DNA of 55,202 nucleotides, the filler included, from Sphacelaria rigidula (taxonomy: Eukaryota), in assembly GCA_964200075.2 (NCBI GenBank). It is 6 parts of 6 records of this genome, joined end to end, with 100 filler letters (N's around TTAATTAATTAA, not from the genome) between each part and the next. Parts side by side here need not be neighbours in the genome. Positions count along the whole stretch, not along the records: positions 1 to 9,118 come from CAXNAA020009257.1; positions 9,219 to 18,336 come from CAXNAA020009258.1; 4 more parts are not named here. The stretch is one strand, 5' to 3'. Of this stretch, positions 1 through 12,794 are shown piece after piece. The notes below the pieces were generated by a model, which made no database searches, was not told the DNA's origin, and saw only the letters and a program-made list of their open reading frames with translations. How positions within the stretch are numbered: position 1 is the stretch's first letter; each line of letters begins with the position of its first letter. Both the position numbers and the translations under genes were made by a program.

Positions 1-440
1 GTGGTGTGTTCGGCGAGTCGCATGAAGGGTGCGCTGCATCCTGCTAAGATTGTTCGGCCCGAAGCCTACGGGTTATCTTGCATTTGGATGATAGCCTCCG
101 ATGAGTTGCTTTATTGTCTGATATCCCCTCTTGCAGAGATATCCATGGCTTATACACTGCCTCATGGGTGCCTCACCATGTAAACACTACGCGAAACGAC
201 CATCCCCATTGTGCGGAGTTGAGGTTCTCCCACGCCTCACAACATGATCTAGCTCGAACACCATCATGGTTACCGCGAGAAACACGCAAGCGCGCAAAAA
301 CAATCGTTAACCTGGTTGCCTAGCTTACGCAGTGAGTGGCGTGTTTTGCAGCGTCATCGCCAACCGACACCAACCCCATCGGGGGTCCGCTCCTACAAAG
401 TCGGGACGGAATACGCCGGGTTCTCGCCGGACCAGGCTGA
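1..440 (+). repeat. Dispersed repeat family R1, copy 1 (cut by contig start)
   Basis: GTTCGGCGAGTCGCATGAAGGGTG...AACCTGGTTGCCTAGCTTACGC...CGCCGGACCAGGCT; colinear with 4150-4950 and, reverse-complemented, with 53775-54470. Confidence 0.85.
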
Positions 441-539
441 ACATTAAAAACATCACAGGGGGGGGGGGGGACAAGAGATGGATGCACACTGGCTAACACA
501 GACAAAAGGAAAGCATGCCTTTTTCGATGAGGCGTTCTT

Positions 540-3500
540 CTTTATTCAAGAAGAAGCGATTGCTCTGGCGAATATCTTGATAGAAAATATGTAGCGCCAC
601 CGGTTACAACTCTGTATCCGGGTACACGCGGGTGAGCACGAGCACTTTCGGGCGAAAAAGTACACCCAACACTCATGAAATCAACCACCGGGGACATGCT
701 TCCCATGACGCTGTCCCAAAGGGGCATATGGACCGGTCGACAACGAATCCCATTGCCTTACAAATATTGAGAATCATCCTCCTTTCCTCATTGACACATG
801 CGCTCGAGTAAATAGTGAAACTGAATTGCTTTCCTAGAGTCCCGTATCAAAGTACTTGTAATTGTAAAGACCGTTCTAGGCAACAGAGAGTGATTGCCTT
901 ACAAATCCGCAGCGAACAGACGAAAGGTCGGGTTTCTTTTGTGCGAGACAAGGCAGATTGAGCTACGCCTTGAATGTTCGTGGGTTGCGGGCACAACAGC
1001 CAGACATGGGCTGGGCAGTCCGACACTAGCCCTCAGGACTCACTGACTGCATCCACCTCAGCTAGCCCACACTAACGGTATTGGGTCACGCCCTACGTTA
1101 GCATGACACATGTCATGAGGGGCACATAGGTGTACAATAGGTAGGTGCGGTGGAACATGAGAATACCTGGGGTCAACAGAATCCAGGGTGGTGAATGATT
1201 GCTTGACTTCTCCTCTCCTTCCCCCCTCCCGCCCCTTCGACCGGTCCCATAATGAACTTTTGGTCGCAAGAACTTGGGCGTTGGCTCATTGCCTGCAGTT
1301 GGTATGGTCCCCTGGCGCGGCGTGTATGTTCGGTCTTTGATGACAGAATATGACGCGAAAGTGTCTACTGAAACATGAAAAATTCCAGCGAGCGGAAAGA
1401 GTGACATGCATACGTGCTGATCACGCCAATTATTGCGCGTGCGTGTCGAATTATCACATGAACGCGAGGGGAACGAAACTTGTACTCGTGCGCCGTGGTA
1501 ATTTAGTGTGCGCCCCAAGAACTGGAGGTGAGCCAGCCCGGAGGATAAATGTTTTGGTTTGTTTTTTTTGCAAGTGTCGAGTACAAAAACCACCTCCACT
1601 GTGTCGGATGGACCGCGTACAAAGGTGTTGAAAAACAAGCGGTCAACCGGTATACAGTAGTATCCGTCTCTAGGTGTGATGTCAAGACCTGGGTCGTAGG
1701 CTCTCATGACGCCCGCACCTAACTATTCGACTTCTTGTGCCCACGTGCTGATTGTACGGAACCTCATAATTGACCGGCCGGATCGGTTCTCGCGTACACA
1801 ACAAGGTTACCTGATGCTTCACACGGTCCAGATAATTGGTGCGAAATCTACTAGACGCACATCATCAATCATCAGCCACATGGAGGTCTCGGTAGGCAAT
1901 GAAATGAACAATGGGGTTGGGTTGGACACAGCTCTCTGAGTGGACATCATCAGCCCGTGTTGAATGCCACCCATCTACTCTCTCGCGCGCTCTCTTGTAT
2001 ATCGGCCCTTCTACCCGAAGCGCCACCGGCTACAGCGACATCACACGAAGTAGGACATGAACTCGCGGGAGAGCGCAGGATCTTGTTGAAATCTTTTCAG
2101 TTCACAACATACACCAGTAGACTAGTGGGATCTTGGATATTTTGGCTGTGACGGGGATGCTTGACCAAATTTTCAGCCGACTTCGGCGAGCGCCTGTGCC
2201 CAAAATCTACCACATGTTATTTCCAGGTTTAGCAATCTCAGCAGTATACGTACCATGATGATGAACTCACTCACTTTTTCAAAGCAGGCCCCGCGTGGGT
2301 GAGTAGAGTAGAAGCTAGCAGCCCCTCTGTAGTTCTGTTTGATGGAACGACTTTGACGATGGGGAGGACTGGGTAAACGAAATCATGGAATCTACCCGCA
2401 TCCACGCGGCGGTTTCAGCTTTTCTCGAGCCTCACATCTGCATCGCCGGCGGCGCTCGACATGATTGTGGTACTCTTCAGCAGTATATGCCAGGACAATG
2501 GACATCAGCGTTGCTGATGTTATTGCGTCGATAGGGGGAAACAAGGAGGACGTGTCTTCCTTCCTGCCCCGTGGGATCGCCCCTGGCGCAAAGCTGGTAA
2601 TGCGACGAGAGAGGGCAGCTGCGGAGGAGGTGATGCCTCCCGTATTTTGCAACAAAGTGCACGTGCATCAATAAGCCTCCCTGATACTGCGACAGCCAAT
2701 TGCTAGCTACCGCCACGCTCACTCGTCTTGGGCATAACCGGAGACTCATACGCGAACGGCTGGCTCTCTAGGATCATTTTGGAGTTGACGATGTGAACAA
2801 GAAGACGAGTGTTCAGCCTGAGTTAGTGTCACGGTTTTTACCACCCCTCGAGAAATGAGACAATGCAGTCAGCAGCCTCGATTGAGAGTTTGTACTGATC
2901 GTCAAGTATAGAGCATGTCTGAAGCTACCTCCTTCGAGAACTCCTATTCAAGTTTACCCACCAGAGCGCACAAACTGACGATGAATTTTGTATTTCCCTG
3001 ACGCCGGCACAAAAAACACACCGGGGTCATTTTCCACTCTGGTATCTGAAACACGGCCATGGCAACTTACCAGCACCACACATAAGCACAGAACTTACTT
3101 GCTGCGCCGAACGTATCCCTACAATATACACACTACACATACGCTTAGGTAGGTTGTGCTAGCAGTCATCGATCAAGGTCAAGATTGTGTTCGTACCCCA
3201 GCACGTTTTTGCTCCTGGTGGCCTTGTCTTCATTTCGATTTCTTAATTCGCGGTAACGTTTCATCTTTTTAATGTGAAGAAACCAAGTTTCATCCCGTTC
3301 ACAATGTAGACTCCGTGCACTCCTGTTGTGAATATTCAATTTTGTATTGATCAGCTACAATGCTGCACACCACCGGCGTGTGTGTATAGAGATACCGCCG
3401 AGTCCGTGCCGGGTGCTCGAGCATGACATATGCGGTCGAAATGCTCACTATAATCACCACACCACGCACGGCGCTTTTGCTGGACATGGATCTTTTTATC

Positions 3501-4060
3501 TTGCTAGCGAATCCTGGCCATCCGGTTTGCACTACACCTACAGTGTACGTTTCGGCTGCATGTTGCACGTCACGCACTTCCTTACACATGGTTATTACAT
3601 CAGTGGTGTTTAAAAGTTACAACATGCTGTCGATAAGCATTCTTTTCGCCTGTGAAAGCCAGCTCCAACACTGAGCAGGGGGCTATATATACTGTAGTCA
3701 AGTCAAGTACACTTTGACATCCTCGCACGTATTTGTAAGGTTACCGAACTTCCGCCGCGTTCCTTACATGCTGTATGGATGTAGTTCCGCCAGAGCTTTC
3801 GCATGGACTGTTGATTGCCCTACGCCACGTGCATCCCTCCCTTGTTTCAGTAGCAGGCCGCGTAACACAGGACATTCCTTCATCCGGTGTTAGCACGGTG
3901 GTTTTTACGAAATAGCTGCATCGTCACAGTTGACACCATAGCCAAATCTGGGATTTTTTAGCCAACTTTTCGATACGTCATCTGAGTTCAAAGAAGGTGT
4001 TCGTTGGCGGAGTTTATATAAACCCGCCAAACCTGCGATACAATAGAACGCCAATGATCT
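540..4060 (-). pseudogene. Decayed coding tract of unknown origin (possible TE or viral relic)
   Basis: Protein-like minus-strand frames broken by stops (204-aa ORF 1093-1707, 542-727, 2477-2749, further fragments near 1750-2200 and 3720-4060); no family recognised. Confidence 0.3.
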
Positions 4061-4149
4061 CAAGATGATGGCCGTCGCCTTCGTGGCGGAGGAAGCGATG
4101 AGCTACGAGATCAGTACTCTCTCGCAAGACCACGAGGCTGGTTCGCGCC

Positions 4150-4950
4150 GGGGGAGGGTGGGTGGGGATGTACTCATGATCATGCATTCCACAGTCATCA
4201 GATCATTGACCTCGCATCCCTACAATGCCGGGACGGAGCACGCCGGATTTTCGCCGGACCAGGCTCGCATTCAATCACCAAGCGCGAAGCGCCGCGGTGC
4301 GTTCGGCGAGTCGTATGAAGGGTGAGCTGCGTCCTGCTAAGTAACATTGTTCGGTCCGAAGCCTACTGATTCTCTTTGCATTTGGATGACAGCCTCCAAT
4401 GAGTTGCTTCATTTTCTGATGTCGCCACTTCCTGAGACAGTCACGGCTTATGCACTGCCTCATGATTTTGCATGCCATAGTCATTAGACACTGATCTCGC
4501 ATCCCTAAAAGCCAGGGCAGAGCACGCCGAGCGCCGGACCAGGCTCGCACAATCAATCACAAAGCGCGAAGCGCCGTGATGTGTTCGGCGAGTCGCATAA
4601 AGGGTGAGCTGCATCCTGCTAAGATTGTTCGACTCGAAGCGTACTGATTTCCTTGCACATGGGTGACGACCTCCGATGAGTTGCTTCACTTTCTGGAATG
4701 GACACTTTCAAAGACAGCCACAGGTTCCACACTGTCTCATGGGTGTCTCACCATTGAAAGACTACGCAGTATAATCACCCCTTTTGCGCGGATTTGAAGC
4801 CCTCCCACCCCGCACAATATGACCTGGCTCGACCACCATCATGGTTACCGCAAAACGAACGCAAGCGCGCTAAAACAAACAGTAACCTGGTTGCCTAGCT
4901 TACGCGGTGGATAGTGTGCTTTACAGTGTCGTTGCCAATTAACGCCAAAC
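4150..4950 (+). repeat. Dispersed repeat family R1, copy 2 with internal ~280-bp duplication
   Basis: CGCCGGACCAGGCTCGCA...AAGCGCGAAGCGCCG...TTCGGCGAGTCG occurs at ~4252 and again at ~4532; the distal part matches 1-370. Confidence 0.85.
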
Positions 4951-5407
4951 CCAAGAAGGGAGAATGGGGTGGGGGGTAAACACCGAAGCAGTGACAAAGT
5001 CCGCCCTCCCTCGTCTCACGCTACCCCATTTTGCTCCATTGTGTCGATCAGACTTTGCCCTTCGCCCATGTAAAGATTTCGGTTTCACGGTGCCCTCGTG
5101 CCCCCGTGGTCTCATGGCGAAAATGAAACTATCAGATCGGGAAATTGACGGTCATTTGTTGTTCGGTTCCCGGCAGGTGCAGTTGGATCTTTCTGAAACA
5201 TAACCGCTTACCGTCGATATAAACGTGAGAATGTGAGTAGCAATAAAGAGCTCACTTGATCAGAGTCGACACGGTGCGGAAGTGCTGATGATTCAATCCG
5301 TGATGCTAAGTCTCGAGGCGTGTACCGGGGGAGACATGAGTCCAGTACTTCGACACCACGGTCTCATCCCGAGGACGGGGAAGGATAAGAAATGTGCCGA
5401 AAATTCA

Positions 5408-5448
5408 GAAGAGAGAGAGAGAGAGAGGAAGAGAGAGGGAGAGAGAGA
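5408..5448. repeat. (GA)n microsatellite
   Basis: Interrupted GA run seen directly. Confidence 0.9.
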
Positions 5449-6861
5449 TCGCTTGCACTCGCTGCGTGCCATAGGTTTCCTTAACGAAAAAGGAGGTCAA
5501 GTGTGCAACGTCGAGTCCGCAATCCGGCGATAGTCGTCGTCTGAGAAAATATGGAGGCGCTTTTGAAGTTCCATTATGAAAAAGATGCCCGGTGGGACCA
5601 TGAGGATGACGCATCTGGACGAACTGTTTGAAGGGTAGAAAAATCTTCCGCGCACAACCCTGTTCCGGAAATAACCACCCACCGCGAATGAGTTACCCTT
5701 AGAATGATTGCCCCCGCTCGTGTTATATGCACTCGGAGGGTACCCGCGGTGTAGATGGCACAATATACACGGGGCCATGTTTTTTGTGCCACTCATCCTT
5801 AAGCTAGCTCATCTCTGTTGTGTTGTCGTGCGCCTACCGTAGCAGGCCAAAATGCCCACCTGTCCTTATGCCGCGAACAAGACTTTTCCGATTGTACACT
5901 TATGACCGTTGTGCACCAGCGTTGTGCCTCAGCGACCGGACGTGTTTCGGGTACAGCAATAAGGACGTGCGTGATGACTGACTTATCTATGATGCCAGGC
6001 GATCAAGTCGGGAAATTACGTTACCTGGAGATCACTCAAGACCAACGAAGACTGCGCGCGAGTCGGTCTGCGGTAAGGAATGATGTAGATTGCACAGAGG
6101 CATATATGATCATAGCAGTATTTTGGTTGACAATCTGGTTTCCGTCGTTGGAAGCAAGAGTACGCGAGCTGATAAGAACACACGATGGAAGCTGACGGGC
6201 TGCGGGGGGGAAATGTTAATACTACAGTCATGATCCATATGATTCAACACTCGAAAATGAATCGCCACGTAGATACAGTATAAGGAGGGTTACGGGTTGT
6301 TGATCTCTCAAGACGATGGACTCTTTCCGAGGAGGGGGGGAGAGGGTGAAAATATGACGAGAAAAAACAAGAGAAAATAGAGCATGAATCTACCGATGTA
6401 TCGCTTGCAACCCCGAGTGCTGCCAGTGCTTACTGAGCGCCTTCCGAACTATTCTCGGCGGAGAAACAAAAATCTCATAACACCATGCACACTCTCGGGG
6501 TAGCTCATGATGCCCCGTAACCGAACTGACCTAGCATCATCAGAACACAGGTTCGCTGTCCTTTACTTCGTTCGCAGGAGTCGCTGCTTTTGCGGCTGCA
6601 CATTCCAGCAGCATCGGACCCCCAAAAACGGCATGTGAGTGCTGGCAGGGAGAAAAATTCGTGTAAGCGATGCACCCTTCCCGATTGAACGAGTGTTGTG
6701 TCGTGAGCAAGGCAAAACTTATTTCTGCGTACATGATGACGTCACGTAACGTACGGTGTCGTCTTGCATTCTCTCTCAAACATCGGTTAGGGCTCGATTC
6801 CATGCTATTGTCGGGCTGGATAAATGTATGTATATATGTGTATGTATATGCATAAATAGAG

Positions 6862-7223
6862 CCGATCGCCCCGGTGGCTCAGTTGGTAACCTCGAAATCT
6901 TCTGACGAGTGGGTCGTGGGTCCGAATCTCGGTGTAATCACACGATCTGGGATCTTTTCTCACACAATGCCCAACAGCGGAGAGCGACGACGTCGTGGGT
7001 GCACAAAATTCGACTCCACGGTAGACGAGGGAAAGGGGATAGCTGGAACCCTCTCGCGATAATGCATACGACAAGTACCGCAGAAGGACGGTGAAGTGCT
7101 GAAACAAAACAACAAAGGGAAACTTCTGTGTTGGCCTTCCTCTTATGTGCCCCTGGCTGTTGCGCCAAAATACCGGAAGGTGTAGACTTGCGTCCAGAAT
7201 ATATGAGATGGCAACACGCGCAC
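6862..7223 (+). mobile_element. tRNA-derived SINE, full-length copy
   Basis: Pol III A-box TGGCTCAGTTGG and B-box-like GGTCCGAATC at tRNA spacing; body colinear with 17361-17766; candidate TSD ATAGAG at 6856-6861 and 7224-7229. Confidence 0.85.
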
Positions 7224-9067
7224 ATAGAGTAGGTGTAATAACTGGTGCAGTCCGCCCGTTTCTTCGGGATGGCAAATCAACCACGAGCCGATACGAGCTT
7301 AACCCCACTCTCTGATAACGCGCGCGAAATCAAGTCATTCTCTTTGCCAAGACTTCATTCTTCTCGAATCGCGGACATTTCCATAGAGCAGGGGTGCATT
7401 GCCACAAGTGTATAAAGAGGAGGACCCATCATCGCACAATATGGCGTGAAACTGACGGATTAATTACCCATCTCATGTCATTATTCTTCCCAGAAGAATC
7501 CATCGCGATCAATACTTGCGGTGCTGCGTGAGCAGGATGCCAATGCCTCCTCCGGAATCGCGGGAGCACACTCTCGATCGTTCAGTCTCGCGACACCAAT
7601 CTCACGTCCTGATCCGGCAGCTGCCGCTGCCGCATGGCAAGGTTAAAATTGATCAGTAGCCCCGAAAACGTATTCTGAGAACCACACCCCTATCTTCGCC
7701 CCCCTCTCATTCTTGAATTCCTGCACCAATGCAGCCTTCCGCAGTGTACGGAATGCGAGTGCCGTGCTTTCGAATTTATCCCGTCCCGCCCAGAGGAAGT
7801 CGGCGAGTGGTGGCTGCCGAGGCGACACGGGTTCGACGCTTCTGCATGGAGAGCAAAGTGCCGATGCGGGTGAATACAAGAAAACCGCATTTGACGACCG
7901 TGAAATCCCAGGGAAGTGTCGATGTGAACAAACAACGCAATCTCTGTTGACAATCGTAAAACTAAAAAAAAAATGTGGGCGCGGGTAATCGGACCAAAAG
8001 CAGACATTTCCACAAAACGTCTTTTTACAGTTTTTTTTTTGCATGTGTAGGGCAAAACGCTGATGAACTCCCCCTTTGTGGTGGTATCCGCATCATTTCC
8101 CCCTTGTACTCGTCTCTTCGTAGGCCCTTTGACAACACAAACTTTATGTAGATGTAACGTTTTTCGTCGACTTGAGGGGAGAGTAGTCTGTACCTATTTC
8201 CCCCAATATCTTGCTCGTGTTCGGTCGCCAAGCCAAAAGTCCTCGCAGAATTCATGCCCTTGAATTTCATGTTAGTTGCCCACCATTTTTCTTATCGTCC
8301 GCCAATTTCACGACCGCTTGTCACTCATTCAACTTCGGCGGATTTTTCCGCGCTGTGTTGACGGGGCCCTGGGACTCGAACCTGGGACCCTGTTTACGGT
8401 AAATGAGCATACGCAGTCATATATTGGTGTCGCCAATGTGAGCAGGTGAGGACACCTCGACATGCACACTTAGGGAACGTTTTCCCTTCTATGTGGCAGT
8501 ATCATCATCGACAATCAAGCGCCGTCGACGTCAAATGAGAAGACCACTATCCTCCTCCGACAGACTGACTACTCCGGGTGCCGTGTCGGTGGTGTCGTCA
8601 TAGGGCCTGGGTTCGGCAATGTAGTGCGGAGCACACGCAGGAGTGATAGTCCTGCAGAGAGTGAAAATATTCTTGGTGACCAGACAACTGTCTAGCTATT
8701 GGGTCATGGAAATCGTCCTCGCAGATGCTGTCTAGTGGGGCGGAATTACAGAAGCCTGGCGACGTCGAGAACGTGCTCTCCACAGTATTGGGTTTTGTTC
8801 CTATCGGGGGCTGCTTGTGGAAATGAGAGCGTATTTCATTATTTCAACATGTCGCGCAATCATAGTACGTGGGTGTGTCCTTGCACCTGACCCCACCTCC
8901 CCCCTGCCCCGCCTGCGCGTTCACTCTCATATTTCGACTGTCGCATTATAGGCACTCTCACGATGATCATCACCCTGTGCGGCGAAGGTGCGGCGCTTGT
9001 AGATGCAGCGAGTTTTCGTCGGCCTACGGATGCGTCGTATGCAATGCTCATCAGGTATGTATGCCAG

Positions 9068-9110
9068 TGTGAGAGTGAGAGTGAGTGTGAGTGTGAGTGT
9101 GTGAGAGAGC
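9068..9110. repeat. GA/GT compound microsatellite at contig end
   Basis: GAGAGT/GAGTGT units seen directly. Confidence 0.85.
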
Positions 9111-9118
9111 GTGCGCGG

Positions 9119-9218
9119 NNNNNNNNNNNNNNNNNNNNNNNNNNNNNNNNNNNNNNNNNNNNTTAATTAATTAANNNNNNNNNNNNNNNNNNNNNNNNNN
9201 NNNNNNNNNNNNNNNNNN
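9119..9218. other. Artificial contig linker (44N-TTAATTAATTAA-44N)
   Basis: Exactly 100 bp with a six-frame stop linker at 9163-9174; identical to the other four linkers. Confidence 0.98.
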
Positions 9219-9361
9219 CACCAATCGAGCAGCGGCGGTGCCTTATGTTACCAGGTTAGTCTGCAGTTCACAGCGATATGCTCAGGTCGTGCTGATTTGG
9301 GAAGCTCGAAGAGTTGTGGTGACGACAGAGAATGCTGGGTTTACTCCCGGCCCGGCTCGTA

Positions 9362-9616
9362 GAGCAATGCTACGATAGGGGTTGCACTTATTGTTTCTGG
9401 GTCTCGTTTTTGTAGGAACCCAAATATATAGGGCTTACTGTGCAACCCGAATCTCCGGGGACCGGACATGGAGATGCACGCAGGGACCTTTTCGTGAATT
9501 GGAATCATATTCAGTCATTTTCAAGTAAAAATGATGCCAATTCTGAACATGACCCGTCCAACACCCCGAGAAACATTTTCGCTAAAAAAAGTGCAAGCCC
9601 TACCGTAGCATCACTC
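9362..9616. mobile_element. MITE with Sola2-like termini (GAG...CTC)
   Basis: TIR GAGCAATGCTACGATAGGGGTTGCAC / GTGCAAGCCCTACCGTAGCATCACTC; flanks CGTA/AGTA (3 of 4 match). Confidence 0.8.
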
Positions 9617-10086
9617 AGTATATTTTATATATGCCTATCTGACAAAACCCGAACTCCTCCTTTGTTATCCCAAGGTTACATTCAAATATCTGGATATAGA
9701 GGGCCCTCTACAAGTAGTGTAGCACGAAGTACACGAAGTGTGAGGTGGGTTTTGGGCATGCTCTCGAAACAATCGTGACACACAGCGTAAGCGTGGCAGA
9801 GGACTTTGCGCCTCGGAACGCTCACGTCGCTATCTCAGCATTGCCTCTCCACCAAAAGCAAGGGTTTGTATATCTCAAAACGAGCGGCGTGCACCTGATG
9901 TTCGATCGCAGTACCGGGGGCTTCAACGGTTAGCGCTTGTATTCCCCCAAGGGTGTTCATTACCCTTGCTTCAACACGTACACTTGACTTGGCTAGGCTA
10001 CTGTTCGAATATTCCACCTCCTCCAACTACCCCGACCTGCTGTCGTTTCCCGCGTCGCCGCGTTGTATCTCTCCACATGCCGCCAG

Positions 10087-10284
10087 GCAAAAGCTCGTCA
10101 ACAAGGTCTGACGGCGCTGACGCAGCAGTCGGGTCCGGCGGCGGCGAGGGATGCGGCTTTCTATTTAGGGGGCTTTCGACATTTGCTAACGGCATACCGA
10201 GATATAGACTTCGACGGACAGAGGGCCGAGGGCCGATATCGAAACGGAAAGAGCATACTCTCCAGAATGTTCAGGGAGCGATGA
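10087..10284 (+). CDS. Candidate terminal exon of an unknown gene (AKARQQG...SRMFRER*)
   Basis: Pyrimidine-rich tract and CAG acceptor at 10084-10086; open protein-like frame to TGA; upstream exons not identified. Confidence 0.4.
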   Translation, partial: AKARQQGLTALTQQSGPAAARDAAFYLGGFRHLLTAYRDIDFDGQRAEGRYRNGKSILSRMFRER

Positions 10285-11169
10285 TGGCGGTTGAGGAATG
10301 GGGGGAAGGGTTGGGTTCGTATAGAGAGGACGAGTTCCCGACGAGTTGTTGCGGCACTTCTTCCCTCTTACGGGAATGGTATCCACACACACCACCCCCG
10401 ACTCTTCTGAGCCTCTCCGTGTGTTGTTGTCACGAGAAGGTTTTTGTTTTGTATAGGTGACCTTTGCTTCGCTGGCTAGCCCTGAGAACAGTCCATAGTA
10501 TCCCTGCACGTGTGGGGTGTCCAAGCCAAGAGTCCACTGTACGCAAAAGATCGTGTCCTTGAGTGTAGGGAGTCCGATTGTCTTGTGTTGACAAGGTCTC
10601 GGGTATAAATCTCAACCTGATCGCTGCGATACGCTGAAAGCAGGAGTTGAAGGGTCACTTTGAAGTCGCAAAAGTTGGTGAGAGACAAGTAGAGTGCACC
10701 AGCTCATGAATAAAATTTAACTAGTGCGTAGATCGCTAACGTGGACACCTGGACCGCGCAAGAGATACATGACAAGGCAGAGGAGAAAAAAGTAATTTAT
10801 CCTCGCTAGATAGCACGAAAAAGGTTACAAGTCCTCTTCTCGTCACAAAAAAGATACGAGGATGCTCATCAAAAGGGGATTGATGGGGACACTGCTTTGC
10901 AAGAAAGACAGGGGTGAACTATCGCAAGTATATGTCGGGAAGCTGTCTCACTTCAGAGGATGAGCAGTATCGTCGCCAGTCACGGGAAAGGTGCCTGGTT
11001 TTACAGTGGATCGTAACCTCGATCGCTCTTCTCCTTGTCAGCGAGTCCATGTACAAAAAGCGCTTCTACAACTACAGTGGACACGGCAGTATGGTCAATG
11101 ACGCGTTTGCTCGAATGGACGAGATGATGTGCACTCTTGTGCGCAATAGCTGTTTATCCGTGTTTGTTG

Positions 11170-11175
11170 TCGTGC

Positions 11176-11206
<31 letters not shown>

Positions 11207-11212
11207 TGCGTG
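11170..11212. repeat. (GT)n/(GCGT)n microsatellite
   Basis: Seen directly. Confidence 0.9.
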
Positions 11213-11431
11213 CTCTATCCTTCGGACGCTTGTACGCTGGCATAAATTTCTGAGCGAACGCGCCAGCAAGGCAGCAGCAAGAGGAGGATGAATACCAACC
11301 AACGCCTTGATGAAACCACGCTCGGGTTCGGAAAGCCAGCAGAATTCAGATGGAAATATTAATGACCACCGCCGCGCTTCGAAAGCGTTGCTAGCGCTTA
11401 TAAGCGTAGGGACACACACGTTCGTCGCCGG

Positions 11432-11695
11432 TCATGTGGAAAACGCGCGATGATTTATCCTAGCGGTCCAGCGTTTAGGCGCCACCTCGGTCAATGCCTG
11501 CTGCTTGAGCGCGTCATCATCCACGCGGTAATGCCAGCGTGCATACTGGTGGGCGCCCCAAGGGTCCGGGGCGTGCCGAACCAACGGTCGATGCAAAGGA
11601 AACACGACCCACGATCGACTGTCCACGTTTTTTTTGTTCCACTCGATGTGTATAGACAAACGTTTCATCACGGGGTTCATGTACAAGTACCAATC
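11432..11695 (-). CDS. Candidate terminal exon of an unknown gene (DWYLYMNPV...NHRAFST*)
   Basis: TTGTAGTCAG acceptor followed by 87 open codons with globular-protein composition; no family recognised. Confidence 0.4.
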   Translation of the reverse strand, partial: DWYLYMNPVMKRLSIHIEWNKKNVDSRSWVVFPLHRPLVRHAPDPWGAHQYARWHYRVDDDALKQQALTEVAPKRWTARINHRAFST

Positions 11696-12794
11696 CTGAC
11701 TACAACACACGCACATGAACTCAGGTTACAGCGGAAACGTGTCCAGTTCAGACACATGTATATCGAACTCTCTATCGTACATGACGGCTACAAATGGTTG
11801 ACAAAAACATCCCTAAGAATTGACAAAAACACCCCAATGTCTCGCTCCTCCCGCCGCCTCACCAGCGGACCAGTCTCTGACCGCTCCCCCTCTTTTCCCG
11901 TCATCCATTTTACTATGGACACGGCAAACAAAATGACCTGTGCCACACCCCGTCGTTCCTCCTCCACTCTACCAGTGCTCATGTAGGCAGTATTACGGGT
12001 TTAACGACCCACGCCCATCACCCCTACCGTCCATACTACACCCGCTTCGTCTGTATTCTTCTTTCAAAATCACTTCCACCGCCAGCGCGGCAAACGTAAT
12101 AGCGCCCTTGTCCACTCCACTCATCACAATACCCCCCCATCGCTACTCCTATTATGGGCAAGGTATATTGTATGAAAGAGCCGTAATAAGCGCCCAGATG
12201 TTGGGGGTGTCTCTATCAGGAGCAGGAACGGTGCTCCGTCTCGAAAGGGATGCGTGGTCAATGGCCAAACGGCTGAGGCAAGATATAAATGAGTACCCCC
12301 CCATCCCCCCCCCCCGCCCACTAAAGTGTTCCATCTCGAAAACGATGCATGGTCAACGGTCAAACGAGAAAGGCAAGCAAAAAAAAAGTACCTCCTCCCT
12401 CCTCCCTTCAACTATAGGCAGAGCGACCTCAACGATGTGCCTGCGCATGAGCACGCCGTTCCTCCCCTCATCACCAGCTCTGCTATAGATGTAGCGACCA
12501 TAATGAATCCCGCCCCCTCCAATCCTTTCCTCTCCAACGCCACTTCTGCTGCACGCGTAGCGACCACAAAAACACCCTCGCCCCCCTGCCATGTCCTTCC
12601 CCTGCTAGTACTTATACCCAGGCATAGCAATAATACATATTTCCTCCTTCGTCCTTCCGTTGCCGGAGTTTCGCTCCCCTTCTTCCCTCTTTCTTTTCCA
12701 CGCCGCGAATCCTGATGTAAACGTAGGGGCCGCAATGATTATTTACTCATCTCCCTACCCTCTCGGTGTACGATACCCGAGCGCCGTTTTTCCT

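Noticed and set aside
90-120. Hammerhead ribozyme in R1 (CCGATGAG) and at ~8060 (CTGATGA)
   Set aside because: No correctly placed GAAA or stems II/III.
5460-6200. Possible decayed coding fragment
   Set aside because: Multiple stops in all frames and no motif I can assign.
6862-6940. Functional tRNA gene
   Set aside because: No closing acceptor stem, degenerate T-arm, and it continues into a shared repeat body; it is a SINE head.
8360-8420. Minus-strand tRNA (GGTTCGAGTCCC)
   Set aside because: Only a T-arm/B-box is visible, with no D-arm or acceptor stem; at most a decayed SINE or tRNA fragment.
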